From Eledone cirrhosa (lineage: Eukaryota), in the NCBI GenBank assembly GCA_964016885.1, contig OZ024743.1, forward strand, positions 221,526,001 through 221,590,000: a stretch of DNA of 64,000 nucleotides, in the 5' to 3' direction. Made by a program: the position numbers and the translations under genes. Shown here piece after piece: positions 27,196-41,509 of this stretch; positions within the stretch are counted from its first letter, which is position 1, and each line of letters begins with the position of its first letter. The notes under the pieces are model-generated. The model was given only the letters and a program-made list of their open reading frames with translations, did not search any database and had not been told where the DNA came from.

Positions 27196-27467
27196 TAAAA
27201 AGGAAAAGAAAATGCTGGCAAATTTTTCCCAGTGAAAAATAGTTTAATTAGGAATATGTATAAATTAGTAATAAGTATTAGTTAGTATTTAGTTTTAGTT
27301 TTAAGTTTTTACTGGTTGTGCATTTCTTATGCTTTTCAAAAATAATTTTGAGATAGAGTGCTCATGATTTTTGCTCTAATCTGTATATATATATATATAT
27401 AAATATATATAAAATAATTAAGTCAAATATGTAAAATGTCGCTTGTTTTATTATAAATTATAGATAT

Positions 27468-27522
27468 ACTGCTATATATATGTCGGTGACAGCCATCATT
27501 GGCTGTGACCTCTTCAGGCAGT
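27468..27522 (-). ncRNA. Type I hammerhead ribozyme with one core mutation (GAAA>GACA)
   Basis: ACTGC-CTGAAGA-GGTcACAGCCAatgaTGGCTGTcACC-GACATATATATA-GCAGT. Confidence 0.7.
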
Positions 27523-27930
27523 CCGAATTGGTGTTGTTGAAGTGTGTTTTACTCCGTCTATACATCGATATGTCCAGCTTCTGGTCGTGTTGTTATTCCT
27601 CTGAGGAACTGGATATGATGCCAGTGGTTTCTTTTTTAATAATTTAGTTGGTTGGTGACTGTCACGTGAATAAGTACAATAAATTTCGCGCCAGTTCGCG
27701 TTCCAAAGTTCTTATTGGTATTTGCCTTAAAAGATGGGGCTCAAATTGTTTTTGTTTTTTATAAGTGTAATTTGGCTGGTTGATAACTGTCACGTGAAGA
27801 AGTACATCAAATTTCGCGCCAGTTCGTGTTTAAGGGTTCTTTATTGCTATTTTCAGTCTCATGATTGGCCATATAATATAAGTGCCAGAAAAGTATGGTT
27901 TGTCATAGAAAGTTTTGTGCCAAACAAAAG

Positions 27931-28090
27931 ATAATTGTTTCTACTTTAGGCACAAGGCCAGCAATTACCAGTGCATTACTGGTACTTTATTTTATCGACC
28001 CCGTAAGGATGAAAGGCAAAGTCAACCTCGGCGGGATTTGAACTCAGATGGTAAAGGGACGTAACTACGCTGGAAAGCATGGCGTCCGAC
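27931..28090 (-). mobile_element. tRNA-derived SINE
   Basis: Family tail, core and B box. Confidence 0.9.
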
Positions 28091-28432
28091 CAATGGTCAA
28101 GAAATGGGAGAGAGAGAAATAGTTCTGGTTCAGTGAGTATGGCTGATGTGCTGAGGTGTCAAAATTCAGACTTTCTATTTAAATAAATTGAATGTTTGTG
28201 TCGATAGTGGTGGCGGTGGCGATGGAGGTGGCAGGGTAGAAAAGAGAAATATATTTTTGTGTGCGGGTGTGCGTGTGTGTTTCTGTGTGTGTGTTTGTAT
28301 ATATATATATATTCCATAACCCATAAAATTATCTATGAATTTTGTGAACTAGACCAGGAGATAGTGTTGAGTAAGTAGGTAGGCAAATAAGTCGGTAGGT
28401 AAGTAGACAGACAGTTACATAGATGGATAGAC

Positions 28433-28519
<87 letters not shown>

Positions 28520-28783
28520 GAGAGAGAGAGAGAGATGTAAGTATATATGCAGGTAAGTAGATAGACAGATAATTACATAAATAAATGCAGAGAAAGGGGG
28601 AGATATGTAGGTATAAGCAGTTACATAGGTAGAGAGGCAGACAGACCAATACATACATACATAAATACATACATACATACATACATACATACATACATAC
28701 ATACATACATACATACATACATGCATGCATACATATATACATATAGGGACAGAAAGACAAACAGACGGCTAGATATATAGGTG

Positions 28784-28892
<109 letters not shown>

Positions 28893-29330
28893 GCATACAG
28901 ATAGATAAATAGGCAGATAGTCTAAATTTCTTTACAGATAATTATGGTGCCACACACGTCGTGCTAATATCGTTAATTCATGAATCATAGATATACAATT
29001 AAAAAGTTTTTTTCAAAGGTATCACTAACAGCAGGCTATGACTATGGCTACAGTTTTTTTTAAAAGGAATGTAGCTTCCATTGGCCTGTTTTTTGTCAAT
29101 AGATCAATAGATCAATAGCTCAATAGATCTACAGGAATTGGAACGAAACATGCAATGGTCTCATTTAAGCAGAAACATTGCCTGACAATGTTCCAGAGAA
29201 AACACAATTGTGAATGGCATTCTCACATTCTTATATTCTTATATGTTTATATTCGTACATACGTGCAGACTTTTTTCTGATTGCATGTGCGTGTGTACAT
29301 ATATCTACGTACCTATCTATCTATCTATCA

Positions 29331-29366
<36 letters not shown>

Positions 29367-29494
29367 ATTATATTATATATATATATATATTTGTGTGTGT
29401 GTGTGTGCACGTATGTATATGTATATGTATATGTATATTATGTATTAAATATATATATGTGTTTGTATCTGTGCACGTATTTTTGTGATATATA

Positions 29495-29529
<35 letters not shown>

Positions 29530-29677
29530 TTATATATAATTGTATATATATATATATATAAATGTGTGTGTATGTGTGAAATTTATGTGTATATATTTAT
29601 GTAGGCGCGTGTGCCTATGTATATGTCATTGTTTCCACTCTCTGTCATACTTTCACACTTTTTTCCCACGTGACCCC

Positions 29678-29783
<106 letters not shown>

Positions 29784-31998
29784 CACGCACACACACATAC
29801 TGCGACACAATCTCACACACTACACACCCCATATTTACACATATATAACCAACAAACAATGAAACACTTCAGGGTCTATCGGAATCCCTATTCTACAGGA
29901 GAACGGATAGGATATCGAAGGTGATCAATTGATTTAACGGGATACCAAACCCTTCGGGCACACATTCATTCTTATACGCATATATGCATATATATATATA
30001 TATATATATTTAAAAGATAAACAAGGTTCAATGAATGCATCAAAGAATGAGTTTTACAATAGATTGGAAGCACTCAACCAATAAAGGTTTTAAGAGTTAT
30101 TAATATTAATTGGGCATAACAAGTCATAACGGTTTATAAAACTTTAATAATGCTTTATCTTCTAATCATTTATGATAGAATTAATGTTAGAATGAAGGAC
30201 ACTCGTTTGATAACTTGTTTACTTGATAAATATACATACCTTATGATTTTTTGGATATTTATAATTTTGATTCTGATCTTTATTTATTTGTCTCTGTTTT
30301 AAATATATAGTTTGGATATTTAACTTGTAAATTTACTGATTATAATTGAACTGTGGATCATTCATGCGTTTGCATATTTTATATATTTTACTCATTTTGA
30401 GTATGTTTTGGGGGACTCAGAAAGTTAGATTTGCAATTTTTTTTTTAATAGATATCTAGGTATAAATATAACAAACCATAATAGCCGACAAATATTGGTC
30501 TATCTCTCCACTGAACTGGAGGTAAAACTACAATTATAGCATTAGTAATAATGATTATAATTATTATTTTTTATTAAATGTATACTGTTTCATTAATACC
30601 TATAATAATATCTCTATATAGTTGTACAAATATCTTTATCTAGTGTAATAACATAATCGTAGTTACATTTATAAATAATTTAGACACTCAATATATATTG
30701 TTATAAGTGTTTGATATTCCCTGGAAGGTCGAACTTATATAATGATTTACTTAATATAATATAATTTAATTTAACTTATTTTATTTTATTTTATTTTATT
30801 TTATTTTAATTAAATTTAGATTACCTTCGTCTTTTTCAAATATTTAGCTCCTCTTTATATCACATTCGCTAAAATATTTTAGATATATCTTTTGTATACT
30901 ATATTAAAACCCTATTGCATTTATAATATATATTTTTAATATTGGGCATCTTTAAGTTTCGCAAACAATTCATTTTCTTTTATTTGTATATTTATTTTGT
31001 ATCTAGCATTAGGACTCATATACTTTTGACTTATATCTTTATAGTATATATCAACTAAATGAAAATAATTGATATAAAACATTAATTCTTTAGCAATATT
31101 TTTAACAACATTTTTTTAACTATATATATTTTTTAACAATATGTTCAGTAACTTATTTACTATATTGCATTATTGCAATATTGTATTTTATTATATATAT
31201 TTGAAAGGTATCACCTCAATTATAAACAAATAATAAACTATAATATTTGTATTTTTTTATCAACACATATATATAGTTAAACATTCGGACCTCTTTAAGT
31301 TTATACTTTGGGCACTCAAACTATTTAACTCTTTAATAATTATAACTATAATTATTTCATAAATTATATTATATAAACTGTTGTCAATATTATAAATAAT
31401 TTTGGTAAAGGTTACCTTCGTGAAGATATAAAAGCATTAAATATATTTTTTTTCTTTCTCGTGTTTCGTAAATCCTTTAAATTTGTTTTCATAAAATTTG
31501 AATTTTAGAAATTAAACATAATTATAATATTAATACAAATACCTATTAACTTTTAAAACCTAAAATATTATTCATTACTCTGAAATAACTTAAATTAAAT
31601 ATTTTGAAAATTAACCGCCAACTATATTAATTTGGACATGTTGCATATATGGAAATCTGTATATAAACTTGAACATAAATTACTCCCCTTTGTCTCTCTC
31701 TCTCTCTTTAATCATCTTTCATCTGTTTTTTCAAGCCACCTACTAAATATATTATCACATCAGCTGTTTCTTCTTCTATGCTTTTCTTTCCCTCCTCTTT
31801 CTCCAGTAGTTTTTAAAAATAAAAATGTTATAACTGCTATATTGATGCCATGTATTACACGCACCCTCTCTATTGTTTGTATTATGTTATCTCATGTTCT
31901 CAATATTAGGGTATAAATATTGCGTTTTGTCATAAGTTAATCCCTACCATGACTGAATCTTAACCATCTACTATGTCAGCGTATGTCATGCATCATCT

Positions 31999-32065
31999 TA
32001 TTTTATCTGATGAGGACGTACTGTTGAACTTAACTCAGAACCTCTGAAATATGTATAATAAAATA
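31999..32065 (+). ncRNA. Type I hammerhead ribozyme at the end of a 2.1-kb AT-rich (TA)n-flanked segment (30010-32110)
   Basis: TATTTTAT-CTGATGA-GGAcGTaCTG...CAGaACcTCT-GAAATATGTATA-ATAAAATA. Stem I is the same as at 23817. Confidence 0.75.
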
Positions 32066-32105
32066 TAATTGATCACAAGAATATCTATGTTGTTAATATT
32101 TTGAA

Positions 32106-32152
<47 letters not shown>

Positions 32153-33379
32153 GTTCATTCATTCGCAAACAAATACATACTTATATTTATACATACATAT
32201 GTACATGCATACATATATACATACATAGATACATGTATACATATATAAATTATAAATACATACATATTTTTCTAGTCGTCACTGGAAAATCTGGGGCTTA
32301 TTTTGATCTTTCTGCTCGGAGAGTTACGTTTCTGAACCTTTTCACAACCATTTCCCTCTAGTAATCATTGTATGGGTGTGGAGTGTGTGCGCGTGTGTGT
32401 ATGCGTGTGTGTGCGCGCGTGTGTGTGTGTGTGTGTATGTGTATGTGTGTGTGTGTGTATGTGTGTGTGTGTGTATCTGTGTGTTCACGTGTATGTACAT
32501 TTGTGTTCATATGTATGTAAGTATGTTTCGGAAGTGATTTTCTAATGTAAAGTGAATGTGATTTCGCGACCTCCATCAGTTCTTACGATGAGTGTTGCAA
32601 TTGATGCGATCAATAGAACAGCCATTTCATGAAATTACCATACACGTTTGTGAGTATTTCAGAAATACGTAAAATCTTAACGTAGTTCTCAGGAGACTCA
32701 GCGTGACAGAGTATGTGATAGGGACACCACTTTTAATTATAAGTACAGACGTTTTTATCTACAACTCAACACATTCTGAATTACATGTAAACTCACTAAC
32801 CGGAGAAACATGAAATAAAGTGACTTGCTCAAGGTCACAACTTGCTGCTGGTGATCAAATTTACAATCTTACGATTGTAAGTCAAACACTTTAACCACTA
32901 AACAACTCATCTTCACAAAACAAAGTAAAATATTGCTAAATACCTTTATAGCTTCAATACAAAGTTTACTTCACACCATTACTATCCATTAGACTATTAA
33001 GATCTGGTACTTACCTAAAATCAAACAAAAGACAATGAAAGATCATTAAGTACATTCCAAATTCTTTTTTTATATATAATGAACATGATCTAAGATAAAA
33101 TAACTTGAAAATAATAAAGAATATAATACTTAGTCAAACATAGAAAAAAAAAGTAGCAGTACAAAAGACTATAAATGAGAGGAAAAAGATAGAAAGGACA
33201 AGGATTATTAAGCAATGAAAGATAAGGTGGAATGGAGAGGGTGACAGACTCTAGACCTAAGTCAGAGTGGTGTTTCGGCTACGCCCTTCAGACAAAATTA
33301 CCAGTGATACCCGCTGCCACAGCCACCCGACCTCGCGCGTTTCCATCATCAGACGGGCTGCAGTTATTCTGATTTTACA

Positions 33380-33427
<48 letters not shown>

Positions 33428-33551
33428 AATACTTGAGAAAATCTAGTAAAGTACCTCTATTGCTTAAGTATCAAACGATGGCATTATTCGAAATCGAGTT
33501 GCAGCCATCATTATGTATGTATGTATGTATGTATATATGTATGTATGTATG

Positions 33552-34756
33552 TTCTTCTGGTTTTATAATTTCAAAAAGGTTTTACCAATAGAGAGAGAGT
33601 CGGTTTCTAACAGAGACACAAGATTCTCTCATTGGAATTTACACATCAACTAGGTAGATATGTATGCATGCATGTGTAGATATGGATGTTATTGTATGTG
33701 TGGATGTGTATGTTTTGAGTTGTGCATGTGTATATGCTTTGTATCTGTATATGTGTATATGCAGTTATTAGATGCAACATTTTTGGAATGTTTTACATAT
33801 TTTTACTGTTCCATTAATGGATTGCACTTGCAGTTTCCTAACTAGTTGTGTTCTTTCTGTTCGAAGCCTATCTTCTCAAGATTTGTATTGAGGCAGTTAC
33901 TAACATATCCCAGTGCCCCAATAACCACAGGCATAAATCTGAAGGTGTAATCAGGGTGGAGTATCTGCAGATTTCTCATCAGTTCTGCATAAATATTCTC
34001 CTTTTCACTAATCTTTGATATTATATTGGCATTTGCTGGGCAGCTAATTTCCACTACTGTGCATGTTTTCTTCTCCCTGTCCCATATCATAATATCTGGT
34101 CTGTTATGCCTGCATTTTATTGGGGTTTTTACTGGAACATTGCACCAGTACTCTTTCATATTTTGTCTTCCACATTGCTGTAGCTTTTAATGTGTTTATT
34201 ATCGGGGCTATCTTTTTTACGAACTGCATTGTACATCATGCCTCATAGGTAGATAGTACCACGATGACATCTTTGGACAGCTGCTGATGACATGGCTGAT
34301 ATCCTCGATGTTAGTTCTGCAGAGTCTGCACTTGTTATCGCATCTAGGTGTTTTGCCTGACCCCTATCTCTTTCGTGAATCAGGTATTTCGTGCTAATCT
34401 CCTGTTCCTGGATTGCAAAAGCGTATCCTTCAAAGTGGGAGCCAATATAGCGGTTGTTGGTCCAAGATAGACTACTTTCTTTATCTATATTACCCTCACT
34501 CTGGAGCTTCCTGGCAACATATCCATTCATGATATTTTGCTGATAGGCATGCAGTTTTTCATCCATGGATTCACTGCGATACTGCTGAGCGACATCCCTG
34601 GGTGTGAGTTTTTCATTATCACACAGGGAATATCTCTCAAGGAGTTCCTTCCCAACTCTCATGATCTTATCTGTTTCATGCAGATAGACTTGCTCGAGAA
34701 ACGGGCTCCTACGCTTCGAGGTTCGTAGATGTTGTCGGAGAGATATGATGCGACAG
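33552..34756 (-). mobile_element. 5'-truncated R4/Dong-like LINE (zinc knuckle + restriction-like endonuclease + 3' UTR) within (CATA)n
   Basis: EGYAFAIQEQEISTKY, CRLCRTNIEDISHVISSC (CCHC), RHD, and HNRPDIMIWDREKKTCTVVEISCP..EKENIY (PD..E..K RLE). Frameshifted. Confidence 0.9.
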
Positions 34757-34872
34757 TATGTATGTATGTATGTATGTATGTATGTATGTATGTATGTATG
34801 TATGTATGTATGTATGTATGTATGTATGTATGTATGTATGTATGTATGTATGTATGTATGTATGTATGTATG

Positions 34873-35399
34873 TTCTTCTGGTTTTATAATTTCACAAAGT
34901 TTTACCAATAGAGAGAGAGTCGGTTTCTAACATAGACACAAGACTCTCTCATTGGAATTTACACAACATCAACTAGGTAGATATGTATGTATGCATGCAT
35001 GTGTAGATATGGATGTTATTGTATGTGTGGATGTGGATGTTTTGAGTTGTATGTGTGCATGTGTATATGCTTTGTATCTGTATACGTGTATATGCAGTTA
35101 TTAGATGCAACATTTTTGGAATGTTTTACAAATTTTTACTGTTCCATTAATGGATTGTACTTGTAGTTTCCTAACTAGTTGTGTTCTTTCTGTTCCTGTG
35201 AAGCCTAGCTTCTCAAGATTTGTATTGAGGCAGTTACTAACATATCCCAGTGCCCCAATAATCACAGGCATAAATCTCAAGGTGTAATCAGGGTGGAGTA
35301 TCTACAGATTTCTCATCAGTTCTGCATAAATATTCTCCTTTTCACTAATCTTTGATATCATATTGGCATCTGCTGGGCAGCTAATTTCCAATACTGTGC

Positions 35400-35400
<1 letters not shown>
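34873..35400 (-). mobile_element. Second, shorter copy of the same R4/Dong-like LINE in tandem
   Basis: Near-identical to 33552-34063. (TATG)n on both sides. Confidence 0.9.
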
Positions 35401-35430
<30 letters not shown>

Positions 35431-36093
35431 TGGAAACGTGTCTGTGAATGTGAGTGCGTGTAAGTGTGCATATGCAGGCACATTTGTGTATGATTATGTG
35501 AGTGAGTTAGTGTACGAATCTCTATGTACGTATTGCGTGTGTTCACTAGCTTTTGTTACGGGCTTTACTATATAGATATATGTATATATATACATATGTG
35601 TATATTCCTATATACGTATATGTGGGTGTTTCCCTATGAGTGCGTTTGTTTGGAAAGTTAGTGATCGCTGGTCGTACATTATTTCTGAAAGAGTGATGGG
35701 TGGATTTCTATGAATATCTTAAAGATCTTTGGCTTTGTATCTACCGAATGTTTATTGTTCTGTTAGGCAGTTAACCTTATTACTGAAAGTGTCTCAGTTC
35801 ACATTCTGATGAAGGCACCGTTTATTTTTTTTTTTCTAGCCATCAGTATCTTTCCTCTTTTCTTTTTGCTCTTCGTTATCTTTTATCTTTCTGTTTTAGT
35901 TTTTTTTCTTTTTTTTTTTCTTTAGAAATCAGAAGAAATAGCCACCAAACTACAGTGAACTATGACAATGTTGTTATATTCGTCCTGACAGACAGATGGC
36001 TGATATTGTGGTTTGTGTGGAGAGAAAGAGAGGGAGAGAGAAAGAGAGAGAGAGACTATATTAGTTATTTATATTTTTATTTTATATAATAGA

Positions 36094-36540
36094 TTCTTCT
36101 TTTTCTTCTTCGTCCACTTATTCCTGAGAGGGTGGTGGGGGCAGAGCATTCAAATACTCTCTCCAGCGGGTCCTGTCAGAAGCAACCGTCTCCAATTGAT
36201 CCGACTGGATTACCAAGCGAGACCAGCCGACTTCATGGATGTTATCCAACCATCATGTTCGGCGTCTACCCCTGGGTCTCCTGCCGGTTGGTTTTGACCG
36301 TAAAATCTATTCAGCGATTCTTTCCTGAGACACTCTAACCACATGCCCATAATATCGGAGCTGTAATCTCTCAATTCAGAGAAGCAGTGGCTCTTCCTGA
36401 AGTGACACTCTGATCTCCGAGCTACGCACTTTAGCGAATCACTTTGCTCCAAAGACACTTCGGAAGAACCCCATTTCGGTTACTTGTATTCGCGAGCGTA
36501 TTCTTTCTGTCATTGCCTTAGATTCCTATGATAGATTGGT
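36094..36540 (-). mobile_element. RTE-clade LINE 3' fragment with (GAA)n tail
   Basis: IERLQLRYYGHVVRV...KPTGRRPRGRRR..WLDNI...VASDRTRWR. Confidence 0.85.
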
Positions 36541-36696
36541 AAAGACAAAATATCGAAAAAATAAATACCAGCCAAGGAAATGTAAAATGATTTACCATGG
36601 CGGATCATAACCTAACAACACACCTACAGCAGCCACTACGGAGAATAGAACTCTCTTCATATGGGTATTTTAGCCAATATTCTATGCTATTTGACA

Positions 36697-36875
36697 CTAT
36701 CGGTAGAGCGTTGTACAACATGTTTTGCGGCATATAGTTACAGCCCTATACGTTCTGATTTTAAATCCCGTCGAGGTTAGCTTTGCCATTCATCCTTACG
36801 TTGTCGATAAAATAAAGTACCAGTAATGCACTGAAGTCGAAATTGTTGACTTTGTGCCTAAATCAGAAACCATTA
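36697..36875 (+). mobile_element. tRNA-derived SINE, diverged
   Basis: Core gccattcatccttacgttgtcgataaaataaagtacc, tail agaaaccattatt. Confidence 0.8.
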
Positions 36876-36955
36876 TTTATAGCGACCGACTGTAGTTACA
36901 GTTATTTTCTGTGTTTGGGACTCCTAAGGATTTCATATTTATATATATATATATA

Positions 36956-37160
<205 letters not shown>

Positions 37161-37202
37161 AGAGAAAACAAAGAGCGCTTATAACGTCAATCAATTTTTA
37201 TT

Positions 37203-37249
37203 CGCTGACAGTGTTTCAGCCATACCATGGGGCAGGACTCATCAGAGCG
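37203..37249 (-). ncRNA. Minimal type I hammerhead ribozyme
   Basis: CGCT-CTGATGA-GTCCtgccccatggtatGGCT-GAAACACTGTC-AGCG, GUC site. Confidence 0.75.
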
Positions 37250-37330
37250 TTGAAAACAAAAATACAATAATGAAGATAAGCTCTACCGCCCTACATCATA
37301 AGAACAATAGATATATGGTACAGGATCATA

Positions 37331-37382
<52 letters not shown>

Positions 37383-38420
37383 GTGTCTATATATGTTGTG
37401 AAATTTCGTGAGTTACCATCTACTGACGATATATATATGTTTTTTGTTCCCCTTGCCGGATATGCCTCAAACATTGTTTAAACCATATATGAACTATCTG
37501 TTGTGAATTTCTCGTTGTGAATTGATTGCTTCAGCTTCTTCTATACACTTACCCTGCTTTGCTTGTGTTCCTGCTTCTGCCTGTGCTGTACCCATCCTTA
37601 TGCAAGACTAACACCTCTTATCCGCACAGCTCCACTACCTTATGGTTACCCTAACCGTGCTGAATTTGGAGAATACTAAATCCCCTCTGAACCTTATTAC
37701 CATACTTTAAGAGCTGAATGCCACTTCCCTATATGACACCCCGGTTGATGCCTGGTCATATCGTAATTTATCTGCTGGATATCCCTGTAACATTCAAGTG
37801 CACTGTGGCTCACCCTGTGAAACTATAGGACACAAGACTCTTTGTCATGAGAAATCATCTGGCCTATATCTATTCGACTGTGACCGATGCATACCTCCTC
37901 TCCTTGCGTTTGTGCCCTCATATGCATTTATGCCTTCCCCTCTCTCTTGTTAATTATTTTGTTAAATATATATTTTTAATGGTTTTTTTAATTAGTTTTT
38001 TAATTAGTTTTTAATTTCGATTTAAAAATTTTCTTTATTTTTTTTATATTATTTTTAATTATTATTATCTTTTTAATATATATTTTTTAAATATATTTTT
38101 TAATATATATATTTTAATATTTTTTATTTTTTAATATCTTTTTAATTTTTTTAATTTTCAATTATTTTTTTATTTTTTAGTATTCTTTCTTTTTTCTTTT
38201 TTCTCTTTTCTTTATTGCCTTGACTGATTCCTCCACATGCATCTATCTCTTGTGGATTACTTCAGTTTATTTTATTTTTCCTTATTTTTCCTTACTCTAG
38301 CAACCTTATTATGTATCATCTCCATTCTCACTATTATCCTATGATCCTGTACCATATATCTATTATTCTTATGATGTAAGTCGGTAGATCTTATCTTCAT
38401 TATTGTATTTTTGTTTTCAA

Positions 38421-38467
38421 CGCTCTGATCAGTCCTGCCCCATGGTATGGATGAAACACTGTCAGCG
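38421..38467 (+). ncRNA. Mirror hammerhead copy with CTGATCA core mutation
   Basis: CGCT-CTGATCA-GTCC...GGAT-GAAACACTGTC-AGCG. Confidence 0.65.
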
Positions 38468-38674
38468 AATAAACATTGATTGATGTTATAAGCGTTCTTT
38501 GTTATCTCTTACTATAACGGCTCTGTTTTCTTACATTGAGCTAACAAGATACTGTCACAAGTAATACACAGTGCGGGTGCGTTTTTTTACACATACGTTC
38601 TGCTATCTAGCCATAATATATATATATATATATATATTGGTGTGTGCATGTGTTTATGTGTGTGAACACACACA

Positions 38675-38768
<94 letters not shown>

Positions 38769-38770
<2 letters not shown>

Positions 38771-38947
38771 CGAGATCGGCTGAAAACTTAATTGGCTGAC
38801 TATGAAGGCGTGATGCTAGAACTGTGAAATCTTGCATGCATTAATTTCAACTCTTTTCATTAATAACTGCACCGTCTATCTCGAGAATATGTTGAAAAAT
38901 AAACCTCATTTTATCATTCCATGAACCATTCAACCGACCCTTGAATA
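38769..38947. mobile_element. Mariner-type MITE, shorter relative of 20517-20858
   Basis: TACGAGATCGGCTGAAAA...TTCAACCGACCCTTG. Shared internal gatgctaga.ctgt.aaatcttgcatgca. Confidence 0.7.
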
Positions 38948-38955
38948 TATATATG

Positions 38956-39074
<119 letters not shown>

Positions 39075-39169
39075 TGGTAGCTATGATGCTTCCATAAGCG
39101 GTATGCCGATTGAGCACTCTATGTTCTTACAGAGCAGAGTGTGATATAATATAAAAAGAAAAATCAGTG

Positions 39170-40305
39170 ATGCATCTGAACTCAATTTATTGTGTGTTAC
39201 AATTGTTTTGCCAGCAGACAGCTCGAGACACGATCATTGTGTCGATCTGTCTGATTCTGGATCTGCAGGTTCGTCGGACACATACGCGCAGTGCCTTCTC
39301 TCGTATGCGACTTCACAGAACTTATGTTTACCGAATTCGCAGACCAGACCCCTTCTTCCTCCCGTTAGACCTGTGCGAAATTCCTTCCTTGCTCACATTT
39401 CAACCAGGTTTGATGGTCTTTATTCTCTCGTTCACGATTCCACCGAATTTATATTCATAGAAATCTGGGACTTGTTTCCTTCTTCATCACTTTCTGCTGC
39501 TTAAACCATTTTGTTTCTTTACCCTAGCGTCCCCTTTATTTACGTGTCCCCAAAACTTTTTTTTAGCCGTTGCTCGCACCAACCTGAGGTATATGGCCTT
39601 TAATGCGACGAAATGCCTACGACGGTTGGATGGCCACTGATGAGGACAAACTTTTTCATATGTAACCCATTTGCAGCGCCGCAGCTCCATTATTATCATA
39701 TTTACACATATTTTTTCCTCCGCTGCCACCAGTCTGTTTCGTTCTTTGTGTCTTTACCCTTTCTAGCAGTCTCTCTCTCTGTTAGCCTCTTCCTCACCTT
39801 TCACTCACTCACTCTCTGTCACTACCTCTCCTCCTCCCTTTCTTCCCGTTTGACCTGTCCGTAATCCTTTTCTCGCGGGCACTTGGTCAAGCCGGTATGC
39901 ATTTTTTTCTCTCTCTCGTCTGCGACTTCACAGAACTTATGTTTACCGAATTCGCAGACCAGACCCCTTCTTCCTCCCGTTAGACCTGTGCGAAATTCCT
40001 TCCTTGCTCACATTTCAACCAGGTTTGATGGTCTTTATTCTCTCGTTCACGATTCCACCGAATTTATATTCATAGAAATCTGGGACTTGTTTCCTTCTCC
40101 ATCACTTTCTGCTGCTTAAACCATTTTGTTTCTTTACCCTAGCGTCCCCTTTATTTACGTGTCCCAACGACTTTTTTTTAGCCGTTGCTCGCACCAACCT
40201 GAGGTATATGGCCTTTAATGCGACGAAATGCTTACGACGGTTGGATGGCCACTGATGAGGACAAACTTTTTCATATGTAACCCATTTGCAGCGCCGCAGC
40301 TCCAT

Positions 40306-40311
<6 letters not shown>
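39170..40311 (+). mobile_element. Partial tandem (about 1.65 x 615 bp) of a non-coding repeat ending in (TA)n
   Basis: 39297-39696 is repeated at 39912-40311. Homologous to 6537-7113. Contains ccaCTGATGAggac. Confidence 0.75.
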
Positions 40312-40354
<43 letters not shown>

Positions 40355-40613
40355 TATAGAGAATGCGCGAAGAAGGGGTAACAGGTTGAAAAAAAGTAGC
40401 AGCAAAAAGAGAGATAGAGTGAGATAGACTGCAAGAGATTGAATTAAAAATAAAATAAAATAGAAAAACTCTGGAAATGGTGCAAAGAGAAATATTGACC
40501 GTGTTTACAGGAATGTAGCGTTACTTCAATTAAAAGAGAGACAAAAATAATTTTAGACACACAAATATATACATATATATGTGTGTGTGTGGATGTATGT
40601 ATATATATATATG

Positions 40614-40647
<34 letters not shown>

Positions 40648-40712
40648 CATATATACATAAGAACACTATAAAGTGTAAAAGAAAAGAAAAACCATATATG
40701 TGTGTGTGTTTT

Positions 40713-40768
<56 letters not shown>

Positions 40769-40926
40769 TATATATATATGCACGTACACACACACACACT
40801 CACACAGGCATACACGTATAAATTATGCGCCCATACGCGCAGTCCCTTACTTGCATCTTTACATACATACATACATACATACTGACACATACAACCACAA
40901 ACACACCACACACACGCACAAACACA

Positions 40927-41009
<83 letters not shown>

Positions 41010-41509
41010 ACATACATACACACACACACACTCAGCGGCGACAGTTACAGAGAGAAAACTTAAGCGTTATTAATGCGAAATGTTTAAAATATTCTCTTGT
41101 TGCAGATAGCTACGGGGAGAAGACATGGAAAAGAAAGAACATAACCAACTAAATATAAGACACCATGATGGTTTATTTCTGTTTGTTTGTACTTAAGTTT
41201 GTGTTTTTTTTATTTGGTGACGGGCTGACTGTTTAGATGTTTCAGTTCGGAGTTGATATTTTTAAATCTGAGCTAATAGAGCTGGCAAGCTATGTAAGAA
41301 GAAGAAAAAATAACTACACGTTAGCTGATCGATGAGGCTAATGAGCGAGATATAACTTCACACGCATGTTCACACCATTACACATACGTACATACACAAC
41401 ATATGTGCATATATATACAGAGGGAGCCATGCGTACATAAATAAATGCATATTTACACAAGTAGACATATACTCATGTACACAGATATACAGACACATGT
41501 GTACATACA

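Noticed and set aside
27596-27635. CTGAGGA followed by the ACTGG/CCAGT hairpin as a hammerhead
   Set aside because: No GAAA box or stem I partner follows.
33285-33385. Possible host exon (cttcag|...|gtgtgt)
   Set aside because: Translations are unrecognisable and the donor is just a (TG)n start.
35800-35825. CTGATGAAGGC box; similarly CTGATGA at ~58465 and CTGAAGA at ~6164 and ~56710 (-)
   Set aside because: No downstream paired stem II + GAAA + UH. Compatible with chance.
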